The position numbers and the translations under genes are program-made. The notes under the pieces are model-generated. The model worked only from the letters and a program-made list of their open reading frames with translations, did no database searches and had not been told where the DNA came from. A DNA stretch of 63,846 nt, filler included, from Choristocarpus tenellus KU-1152 (lineage: Eukaryota; Protista; Phaeophyceae), in NCBI GenBank assembly GCA_964200185.2. It is 14 parts of 14 records of this genome, joined end to end, with 100 filler letters (N's around TTAATTAATTAA, not from the genome) between each part and the next. Parts side by side here need not be neighbours in the genome. Positions count along the whole stretch, not along the records: positions 1 to 3,979 come from CAXNAD020016819.1; positions 4,080 to 7,867 come from CAXNAD020017916.1; positions 7,968 to 13,025 come from CAXNAD020012009.1; 11 more parts are not named here. The stretch is one strand, 5' to 3'. Of the stretch, positions 1-10,580 are shown in pieces (the first letter of the stretch is position 1; each line of letters starts with the position of its first letter).

Positions 1-1876
1 TTTATTGTAACTGTCCGATAGAGTTGGAAGAGCCTAATCGAACATTTGGTACATTGAATTTATTATCTTCCCGAAGAGTTTGTGTTTATGTGTCCTCATA
101 CACATGTTTTTATTGGCCCGGTGGCAACCTAGGTTTCATCTGTATGGTATTATTTAAGTTAACCTGGATTAGAAATACTTCTGTCTACTTGTCTTTGTTA
201 TTAATTTACAGTACATTATATGTGACGAGACTTATGTCGTTGGGAAAAATAATTCTTAGTCCAACTGTACCATTTCATTGTCTGCGTTTCAGGACCCGAA
301 GTCTATCGTATAATATATTAGATTTTTTATGGTGGGTTTGAGCTTATATCCATTATTTGGTAGCTGTGGAACTGTTTCGCATACCCCACGTATCAGTTTG
401 TTTGTGTTCTCTATCAAACGATATAGAGTCAATTAATCAAAGTGAGACATACAACATATTTGATTATTATTCACTAAATGGTGTTTACATAAAGCCTCTA
501 TATCTTTCTACAGACTTCAGAGGTGAGGCTACTACCCCATCTCCACTAGGTGCATGCAAGTGGTTGTAATATGGAGACCCCCACTGAGCATGTCTAATGT
601 CTTCTACATTGAGAGGGGAACAACGTCAGTTCACGAAGTGGTACATTGTTTGCTGGTTCGGAAATACTGGATTGAACCTACATGGAGTGTGAAAGGGCTG
701 CCTTGTGACATCTGTCGTTTCAAACGCCACATTCTGAGATGAGAGCGACGCAAATGTGCGTGAATGCATTCATGTATGGTCGCATCAACGGTCTCTAAGA
801 CATCCGTGCTGGTCCAGACCATGGTTTAGGGTCTCTTCTCTAATGAGGGAAATTACCTTGAGCCTATGCAAAGAGTATTGGCCGCCTTATTGTGCATACC
901 GTGTTAGCATCATCAATGACGTCTGAGAACACCAGCGCTCCAGACCATGACAGTAGGGTCTCCCTATAATTATTTGGGGCCGGCCTCGAGGATATACAGG
1001 GGAGTGCTGCCCGTCTTACTGTTTGTACCGTGTGTCCTCCTGAGTTATTGTGGGGTAGGTTCACTCACTCTTTTCGTAGTTGGTGCTCTTGCTCTCTAAT
1101 CACTTTATCCTACACTGCGATCACCACTTTTCAGCGGAGAAGTAACCAGCAATTCGATCAGTGACTACTCAGGGGCCAGCTTGCACTTGTCACCGTTTCC
1201 AGAAGGTGGTCAAAGGAGAAAAATGTTTGCTTTCACCTTGCATGCAATGGATTCTGTTATACCTAATTGATGTAAGTATATAATTGAGACATGTTTTACA
1301 GGATGTTCCTAAGAAGTAGTTTGTCGCGCCTTTGAGGATCATGCCACAGACAGGAATACGAGATACGAACGTTGAAGTGAAAGACAAAGTCACGAGTTGC
1401 CGAACAGGCCGTCACAACCCTTTCACATGATCACCTCATTTCGTGTTAATGATGGCCTGTTTTCTGATGACTCCTTGAAGTGGGTGGAAAACATAAACGC
1501 AAGAATGATTCGATTCATGAGAGTCATTTGTGGACCATATGGCTTTGATGACGAAGGGAATGAACATAGAGGCTGCTAATGTTGTCTTAACATACAGCCT
1601 CTACTTCCCCAACCGTTCTTTCATGACAATATTACCTGACCAATGACTTGTGTATAGTTGTGCTTATCATTCATGTCATTGTATGTTTGTAAGGCGTTTT
1701 TTTTCTCTGACAGGAGTCGTAGAAATGATACTGTATCCAGCTCATTTATTATTCTTTGTAGGCAATTAGATTTCGAAATTAAATTTATCACTGTGCTTAG
1801 TTATTGGCAAAGGAACTGACTTGGGAGCATCTGTAAAATAGTGAAGCATGGATTACTTCAGTTGCCGTCTCATAGT

Positions 1877-2403
1877 AAGTCAAGTAGACAAGAGGTACCC
1901 AGAGTTGCATTTAAAAGGATGTTGGTAAATAGATGCAAAATTCGGGGAGGTTTTTCAAAAGCGTATAGGAGGATATATTCCGAATTGTGTTAAAAAGTTT
2001 CAAACAATGGAGAAATCAACCCTCTCAAATCAAACATAGGGCTTATCCATAGATATATTATGGATAAATGTAAAATGGTTGAAAAACTGGCTTTAAAGTA
2101 AAACGGTCAATAACTAAATACCTGAGTGAAAGTATCTTAGAGGGTACGAGTTTTGCCCTGTTTGTCCCTTTGGTGCTTGGCTCCTCATGGTTTTTTTTAA
2201 TGACATTTTCCAACTCCAAAATGTTTTGGAGTAGGTAAAATGTGTACGTTATGAAAAGGTGTGTCTAGAACAAGGATATTGACACTTCCTAACGAACGCG
2301 ATAGGTAAAATTATATCAAAAACACAACATTGGATTTTGACCCCCAAATGGACAGCGCTCTACCCTCTAGGATAATTTGACTCACCTCTCACTTATCTTG
2401 GCT
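1877..2403. mobile_element. MITE family D copy, interrupted by a family A MITE
   Basis: It shares the internal sequence GAGTTGCATTT(T/A)AAGGATG...AGAAATCAACCCTCTCAA with 27927-28272 and 54225-54378. Boundaries are approximate. Confidence 0.6.
2124..2383 (+). mobile_element. MITE family A (PIF/Harbinger-like non-autonomous element)
   Basis: The ends are GAGTGAAAGTATCTTAGAGGGTAC and TACCCTCTAGGATAATTTGACTC (imperfect TIR), flanked by an (A)CCT duplication. It is homologous to 42048-42295 and 44449-44713. Confidence 0.8.
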
Positions 2404-3906
2404 CGGGTTTAGACCAGTATCTCCACCAGGTATTGGCTGTAGTATTATGTTGTGGTCCCATTACAAATGGAGTGCCGTTGGATTTTTGCGCGTATCTCTA
2501 AAACACGCGAGTATACTGATCCGTAACAGTGTTTTCAAGTGGGGACGATCGTTTGGAGCCCGCCCAGTTATCTTGAAAATTTCTGATACCAGCCGAATAA
2601 GAAATCGGATATCAGCAGAGCGATATTTAACGCTAGTCAATTGGCCCGAACGGTTCAACGAATTCCACTTGTACCGTCAACAGTTTCAACCAGTTTCACT
2701 CTTAGTTATATAGTCATAAATGCTCACTAAACTGAAACCCTATTTTGCACATTGATCCCAAACAAGACCGACAGACCTTGTGGGTAGCATTGTTTTTTTG
2801 CAGATACATGAAATATTGAGAAGTTTTTGTGATTGAGAATGCGTAGAGGAGGGATAGGATGACTAAAAAAACTAGTTTTGAGGGTGACATTGATTGCACA
2901 ACGATCGCTGTGGGCCTGGGAAAATTTGGAGTTTGCGATGGATCTCCCAGCAGTGCCATGGAGATGAAAATGTCCCTTCGAAGATACCTGAACTCAGCAA
3001 GAGAGAAAGACTTTAGAAGGAGTTCCTTGACCGCGAACAGGAGGATGAATGGATAGAGGTTGCGCTGATGGGCAATCAGAAAGTAGTTGAGAGTGCACAT
3101 GGTGTGGACTAGAGGTCAGGCAACGACTACAACTTCCATGTCAATCATGCGCGTTTGTGACAAAAACACCACATCTTGGAAATGATTCCATTGAGCAAGA
3201 AAGGGAAGGCTCGGGTGCAATGGTCCGAGATCACACCTCCATGCCACTCATCTTGCCAAGAAGCCTCAACTCCAAGCAATGTCTTGCTTGCAACATTGTG
3301 GAAACAACCCTTCCATCACAAATATCAAACATCACTACATTTGTTGGTGCTTAGCACAGCTGCACAGGAACGAGCAAGTATTGCCTGCTGTATGATTTAA
3401 GTAGTTGGAGGAGTGATAGAGACGTCTCTCAATTTACTTTGTGTTTTTTTTTCATCTAATTTATTTTGGGATTGACCTGACCTAAGTGATCAGAGGCATT
3501 ACACACTGCACTTCTTCTCGTACTAACTACGTAAAGAATAACTGTTAACCGTTGCACTAAACCTAACTGTGCTGGCTCCGTTCCCAAATTGCTTCTCACG
3601 TGTTAGTTCAGTACTCCGCACCACTCGTTGCTTCGTCTCCTCCCTCGAATTTTCTGTTGTACCCACCCCAAAATTTCCTCCTTCATCTTCGTTCAGCGTT
3701 CTTGTGGTATAGCCAAAGACAGGATACGACATGTGGTGTACAATCATAGCTTCATCGAGACGAGATTTTCCCTGAAAACAAATCTGGCGTTGGTGGTACT
3801 CCTCGGTTGTTGTTGTGGCTAGTACTGCTCTATTGTAGTTCGTATGCTTCACAAGTACAAGAAAATATATTTAAATTGTGGTGAGAAATAACACGCAACC
3901 AAACAA

Positions 3907-3979
3907 TGTTACAGGCGCCCCTCAATGCTCACCTTCCAGGATGTACAACTCAAATCCAACGACCTTAAAACGATGCTAT
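3907..3979 (+). repeat. Terminus of a repeated element, probably an LTR end
   Basis: TGTTACAGGCGCCCCTCAATGCTCACCTTCCAGG... is near-identical to 34618-34690. Both copies begin with TG, have unrelated upstream flanks and end their contigs. Confidence 0.6.
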
Positions 3980-4079
3980 NNNNNNNNNNNNNNNNNNNNN
4001 NNNNNNNNNNNNNNNNNNNNNNNTTAATTAATTAANNNNNNNNNNNNNNNNNNNNNNNNNNNNNNNNNNNNNNNNNNNN
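3980..4079. other. Artificial contig-joining spacer (first of 13)
   Basis: The spacer is 44 N + TTAATTAATTAA (stops in all six frames) + 44 N. Identical spacers lie at 7868-7967, 13026-13125, 16798-16897, 19661-19760, 24867-24966, 29116-29215, 34691-34790, 38912-39011, 41931-42030, 46757-46856, 55276-55375 and 61099-61198. Confidence 0.98.
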
Positions 4080-4214
4080 CAATTTTTTCATGTCGCGATT
4101 TTTTTTTTTTTTTTTTGCATACGTCGGATGGTTATGTAAATGCACTTTTCCTGATTTTGACCCAAATGGACATCCTGGTGTAGACCACCATCCCCCTCCC
4201 AGATACTTTGGGTC
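4080..4214 (-). mobile_element. MITE family B, partial copy at a contig edge
   Basis: It ends CCCAGATACTTTGGGTC and is the reverse complement of the family B copies at 51406-51574 and 58252-58434. Confidence 0.8.
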
Positions 4215-4948
4215 AGAAGTAACAAGAGTTTCTAACCCAAAACTATATTGTGACTTTAAAGAAGGGTAAGGTAGGTTAGAGACGTAGGACCACTATGCAC
4301 ATAAGATGTTAGGTAACAACATTGTAATTATAAGTTTTTTAAGGAGTTGTAATGGGGTCTGGTTCTGTGTGATTGGGGGCGATGAGAACCACCAGAGATG
4401 ATGAGGTTCAGAAAGGAAGTGAAAGATGAGACTGAGGCATGTTGGGTGTATGTTGACAACCTCAAAGTGCCATTTGGATCAGTTTTCAATGTCATTGGTT
4501 GTGACCAGCCAGAACAGAAAATACAATCTCGGGGTTTGCTGGTTTGAATCCACCTTTCATGTCGGGGTTATCTCGTGCCAGTCGTGCGTCTGACCCACAA
4601 CACATCACTTAACCTGACCTCAACCGGAAAAGGTGGCGTGCGAGAATGTATATGACCGCGCGTATCATCCTCATCAATGTCGGAGATCCCAAAAAAGGTG
4701 ACCTGTCCCTGACAGAGTGTGAGAGTTTATGAAGTATTCAAATTGTAAATGATTTTTTTTTCACATTATATGGAATATCGAAACTTCTATTGATATCTGG
4801 CATTACGATATTCTTGTGCGATATTTTTTGGGATGCGGGCAGGCGAGGTTATGTGAAGTGGATAACTAAGGTCTCAATCAGTACCTTTTCGTAGGAGGCA
4901 GTCAAGGAAAGGACTCACAAGCGGGCACTGGACATCCTCGACGGGAAA

Positions 4949-7867
4949 ATGACTGATCAGGATGTCTCGTCGCCTGAGCCTACGATTGGTGTGAAACGGC
5001 GTGCCTCAAGTCAAGGTCGCAATTGGCGAGAGGAACTCACTCAATTTCTTACCATTTTACCTGGTCAGCCAGGACCTTCCACAGGACACAGGGGAACATG
5101 CGTATTTTGTGGTCTCACGTTCAGGATGCGCATGGATCGAATGGCCGCACACTTCACCAAAACCATTGGTTACGGCGTCAAGCCTTGCCAAATTCCTGAT
5201 CCGACCGCAGTGGAGAAGGCAAGGGAGTACTGGGTAGATGTGAAACTTAGGGCTAGCACCAAGGCGGAAAATAGATCGACGGAAGGATCCTTTTCGAGAT
5301 CGAAGTTAATGCATGTACTCAAGGAAGATCCTGACCGATCGACGCTACAGGGTGCCACAGGGTCAGGACTTGGAAATGATCTAAGACAAGACCCTTCAAC
5401 TCGTTCTGAAACTCTCTCAAGGTGGTTGTCTGGGCAGAATAGAGACTCAACCTTCATTGACAATAATATAATGTCTGTCAGTACTGGAGAAGACCAGATC
5501 CTCGTGGGTGACTTCGTGAACTTCCTCAACGAGGTTTGGACACCCTTTCATGCTGTAGCAGAGGCTAAGCGACGTCTTCTGGAAGCTGGGTTTGAGGAGC
5601 TGGACGAGGCCAAGCCTCTAAGGGGCATCAGGGTATGAGTATGACGTGTGGGTAATAAATCCATTTGTGCTCGAGAGGGTATGGTGGAGTTGCATCTCTT
5701 GTTCGCGAAGAGCATGCCCCCAACATAAGAATGGGCGGTTTGTCATATCCTATGGTGGATACTTGACTGGACGGCGTTGTGGAGAGAGTATGAACCACAC
5801 TCTCATGCATTGAACTCGTTACGTCTGGAAATATTAGTCTTTCAATCCCTGGTGCTGACTTGTCTACCCTTCGACGTGAAAAGAGGGTTCGATGGTTTGA
5901 TTGCTGTTTATTTTCTCTACGAGACGGATGTTAGCGTATGCTCTGGTTGCCGGACAGGAAGCAGGATGTTGGTGTCACTGATTGTCGTCTCGCTTGTAAA
6001 CACCGCTTTTCATCGGTCTCTTCTCTTTGTGGTCGACACCTTGTACAAATCAATGTGTTTTACAGCCTGGAGGGAAGTACTTTTTTACAAGAAACATGAG
6101 TTCTGTGGTAGCTTTCGCTGTGGGGGGCAAGTACCGTCCTGGCAACGGTTTCATCATTGCAGGGGCTCACACTGACAGGTGCTTCCATTTGCCCATGAAA
6201 ACCTAGGCTCACAATCAAGCCTTTGCTTTTAATTTCTTTTTGTTCAGGGCTCACATAGAGAGGCGCCCGACCTTTGTCCCAGTTCCCATTTCGGTCAGTT
6301 GCCATTTATGGAACCTACTGTCCAATCTATTTGTATCACTTCCTTATCATGCCCCACCATGCATGTATGCCACCCCCTCCCCGTGTGTGTGCAATCTGCT
6401 GTGTTTGACTAGCCCATGCCCCAAGCTGAAACCCGTCAGCAAAAGTGAGAAATCTGGCTTCCTCTCCGTGGGTGTGCAGCCATACGGAAGAGGTTTGTGG
6501 CACACATGGTTTGACCGCGACCTTGGCTTGGCAGGGAGGGCCATTGTGCGGCATGGCAATGGCGTGTACTCACATGAACTGGTAAGTGTTATGGTCCAGA
6601 ATGTCCTTTACAACACCTTGAAACATAATTATTTTTATGTGACTGTAATGCAGATGTTCCCTATGACCTGAAATAGGGCACTATTCAGGTGCTGTAGGAG
6701 CACGTCACAGACAGTACCAAATGCGTTGTAACAGGGTTTTGTGAGTGCAGATATTAAGCGTCTTCAGGACCAATTTCAACCCTTTTGTGTGTATAGACCT
6801 CTGTGATGCATACGTCTATCTAGGAAGGATTGGCCATGAATGTGCAGTAGCAACTTTTATTGTTCTGGGAAAAGTACTCAAACCACAGTAAATTGAGGTG
6901 TTTTGGTGGTTAGGTTTACACATGTCCAACAAGACCTACCTACACTCGAAGGTCATAATGGCAACACTCTATGATCCATGTGTCACTGCACAGCATCACC
7001 TCCTAAGGTGTGAACGGTTCCCACCTTGCTCTGTTGTGCAAGGTCCGGCTCATGCTTCATCTGCGTTGCACTCCAACTGTGTTGCTAAGTATATATATAT
7101 ATTTATTTATTTATTTTTGTACGGCACGTATCCTGTCGTCCATACAAAACAATGCAGGTTCGCATCAATGTAATCGGTCAGTTTCGGGGTTGACATGACA
7201 CGACGTTCCATCAACATAGTTCACATGGTTATCGAGAAGTGAAGGCAAAATCCAGCTCATCCGAAAGGTGGAATATGCTGGGGTTAGGGTTAACGTCTTG
7301 TACGCGCAACAGCCCTTTGCTTCACAGGGATTTTTATCTGGTGTAGATTTTTTTTGTGTTTCTTTCCTTGCAAGAGTCGCTTACTCTGTTCTGCAGGCTT
7401 TTTCAAGGCAGGTTCGAACTAAGTTTTGTGGTGTAACCTCAGACCCTGCCATAACCCTGCGCTGACAAGTACAACTCTAATGCATGCCCTGTGTCTGCCC
7501 TGTCCCCAAAACTGCCTTTGCCCCCTACAGGTGAAGATATCGCGGCCAATCCTTCGCATCCCCAACCTAGCCATCCACCTCACAAAGGGCACTGAGAGGA
7601 CATCCTTTGCCCCTAACATTCAAGGTAACTTTTACCCCATCCTAGCCACTCAGGTCAAGGCTACCCTGGGTTGCCACAGAGGCACTGAGAAGTCAAGTGG
7701 GACTCAGGGGATTACCCCAAGAGTGGCTCCGGAGACCACAGAAGTGGCTTTGGAGTCTGCAGAAGTGACTTCGGAGACCACAGAAGTAGCTTTGGAGGAG
7801 GGGGCAGATTTAGGGGTGGAGGAGGAGGGGGTGGAGGAGGCCAAGCTGTCTGGGGTGGAGGCCACTG
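4949..7867 (+). CDS. DNPEP: Aspartyl aminopeptidase (peptidase M18), 5' part, with an N-terminal BED-type zinc finger extension; runs off the contig
   Basis: Exons are 4949 (or acceptor 4895)-5632, 6066-6178, 6413-6581 and 7531 to the contig end at 7867, all GT-AG and phase-compatible. They give FVNFLNEVWTPFHAV..RRLLEAGFEEL / PGGKYFFTRNMSSVVAFAVG..GAHTDS / PCPKLKP..YGRGLWHTWFDRDLGLAGR / PILRIPNLAIHL, which are hallmark DNPEP motifs. Confidence 0.92.
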
Positions 7868-8074
7868 NNNNNNNNNNNNNNNNNNNNNNNNNNNNNNNNN
7901 NNNNNNNNNNNTTAATTAATTAANNNNNNNNNNNNNNNNNNNNNNNNNNNNNNNNNNNNNNNNNNNNTTAAACTTCCAACTATACATCCATGGTGTTAAA
8001 TGGTCTCCCCAAAAAAAACACCAATTATTCCCCCCCCCCCCCCCCAGCCCTATTTCAACCTCTGTACATCTCAC

Positions 8075-10030
8075 CTCGAGTATCTGTGCGCTGAGCTCAC
8101 GTGTCGGTGCAAGCACTATGGCAAGCGTTCCCTGATCCCTTTCTACACGAGGCTCTCGAGCGGAAAGGTTGCACAGCAAGGGAAGAAGGTAAGCTAACGT
8201 CTTTCCTGAACCAGTTTCAGACTTGATGACGGTGTTATGACCAGCGGAAAGCACAGGTACTGCTGCTACCTGACACACTGTGGGACCTGACAGACCCATA
8301 CCCACCAGTCGAGACACAAGCTGCGGGGGTAGCCCTAGCGTGGCAAAGCCAGAACCAGGGGAAGGGCTGTCCTTGACCCTGGTACCTGTATTGCCCCCAT
8401 CCATTGCAAACACATGCGAGCTAGGCATTGATGGGTGTGGGTGTGCAGCCGCATGCCGTGACAATTCTCTAGGTCTGGCATGGTGCTTTGCAAGGCGGGA
8501 CAGGGCTTCCTCTCCCTCCTTGTTTGGGATCTTTCGTGATCCGAACTTGGCCAATGCTGCCTTGGATCGCCCATCCTCCTTCCCTCCTGGAGATCCCCCT
8601 GCCAGCTGCATGTTGTCCTCTCCCTCTTCCCTGGCCCCCACTTCTGTATTCATTGTGGCAATATCTCCTGATCCTGATGCAGGAGATCCTCTTGATGAGA
8701 CCTTGGTATGTTTCAGTGCCACTGGAGTTCCTGCATCATCTTTCTCTATTACTTCCACCCCATCCATCATCTCTGCACCTGCCCCTTTCCCCTCACGTCC
8801 ACTCTCTTCCCCTTCTCCCTGCTGGACTGGAAATTCTTGTCCTATTGCCCTCACATCATTTCCTTCCTCCCCTTGGGAACCTTCTGGACAGCCAGGCATA
8901 GTATTTGGTCGACTAGGTTGCTTCTTCAGGTTTTGATCATGTTTCTTTTCCTTTTCCTGTAAAGCATCCAAAGGAATATTGACTTGTCTCTCTGGATATG
9001 CCCTCTTCTTCTTCCATATCTCGCTGTCAACACCTTTATCTTTGACCTTGTTTGCACCTTTCTTGGGCCCGGTTCCACTCCCACCACCAAGCTCCTTTCC
9101 TTCATCTATGCTGCCCAGAAGACTCTGCAGAATACCCATGGAGCGTGATGATTCAGCCTCCATGTCAACGGCTTTGGTAGGCTTGGATCGCGATGGGGGA
9201 GCATTGACACGAAGGCCCCCGTCTGCATCCACGAACTCTTCAGTTCCAACCTCAACGCCGCCAGGAGGATAACGTCGTGCATGCGAAACAACAAATTGCC
9301 CTGCATGGGAGTCGTCATCATCTTCCCACCATCGATCAGGAGTTCCTAATGTGGCAGGGACGATGCCTTTCTTTTGACCAGGCTGGTTTTTGCCCCAGCG
9401 AACCTTCTTCGGGCGTGGGTTACTTCCACTCCCCTTCCTTTCATCGTCTCCAGTGAAGTCTACCACGCCATCCAAGGACACAGGTTCAGCGCGCGTTCGC
9501 TTGCGTTTCTGAGGCCCCTTAATCTCTGTGACAGGGTCCCCACCCTGCAACATGCTTTCACCCTCGAACTTGTTCGCCACTTGCTTTCGGTCCTGAAAAT
9601 CGGCATTCCGTCTGTTGCGTCCCTTAATATTTATTTCAGCAATCGTTCCAGCAACAGGCTTATCATTGCTTGCAGTATCGGGTACGTTCCCCTGAGTGGG
9701 CTTACTCTGCTCCTTGCCAACCCCTTTTGCGTCGTGCTCGGAATGACCCCGTACAGCTATTCGGCTCAGCCCAGGGCTTTTAGATTTATCCTCACCCTTT
9801 GTCTGGTCCGGTGCTGCAGCGGAAGATACTGATGGTATGTCCTTCTGATGGATGAGGTCATCGACCTGTCTCTCGATCGTTTTCTGGGCTGAATCTTGAC
9901 CATTGGCTAGAGGTCCACTTGATGCGGTATCGCGTTTCTTTCTTTTTTCCCATGCTCTTCCACTCCTCTTCTTTGAACGCGCTGGTCGGGATTCTTGTAC
10001 GGACACAATGTTTAGCTCGAGCCCATCCAT
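8075..10030 (-). CDS. DDX31: DEAD-box RNA helicase DBP7/DDX31, first exon (long disordered N-terminus, Q motif, motifs I and Ia); the rest is off the contig
   Basis: The start MDGLELNI is Dbp7-like. Motifs are FATLGL..PTVCQ, SETGSGKTLAYLLP and R.QGTLAIVLAPTRELSAQI. A GTGAG donor follows 8075. Confidence 0.85.
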
Positions 10031-10580
10031 CCTGGACTTCACCTTTTATGGTTGTCTGTCGACAACTATACCTTGGTAAGTTTTGTGGTGTTTTATATAA
10101 TAGTTTAGCTATTGCAGAGAGCCAGTCAGATGTTTTCATGAAATTGGAAAGGCTTTCTTGTGTAGGTCTCCACCAACACTACAAATCACCAACCTCAGTA
10201 CCGCATTAGGTTAGGTCTGCTCCTAATTGTCACCAGCATCGTGTCGTTGTTTGGGACCCTTCGGAGCTTGGCTGACTGTGTATATCGCAACACAGAAATC
10301 ATCTTCAGAATCACCCACCGTGGACAAGAACATCTTTGGCATCACTTCAAAAGGGGGAAAAGTTGTCTCTGCTATCACCGATCCCTCAACCCTACACAGG
10401 GCGGTTCCGACCAGCCAAAACCCTGAACAGTGTATGGGGGGGATTCGAAAAAAGAGGTTGGCACGTTGAGCGTGCTCAAGAAAGTGCTTGGGGCGTGGTG
10501 GAGGCGAAAGGCGTGGGTAGTAGTACTATTCGGACTTATTCAAGGATAGGGTGCAGGGTGACTCCTGTCAAGAGTTGACA

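Noticed and set aside
550-1620. Possible degraded Gypsy integrase or chromodomain on the minus strand
   Set aside because: There are only vague motif hints (KLAP) amid many stops, which cannot be supported without a search.
7700-7867. Idea that the acidic tail of the aminopeptidase contig continues into the EV-repeat contig at 46857
   Set aside because: The similarity is compositional only. The repeat units differ and no M18 motifs follow in that contig.
8280-9832. Several 100-200 aa plus-strand ORFs
   Set aside because: They are antisense to the DDX31 exon and have no recognisable motifs.
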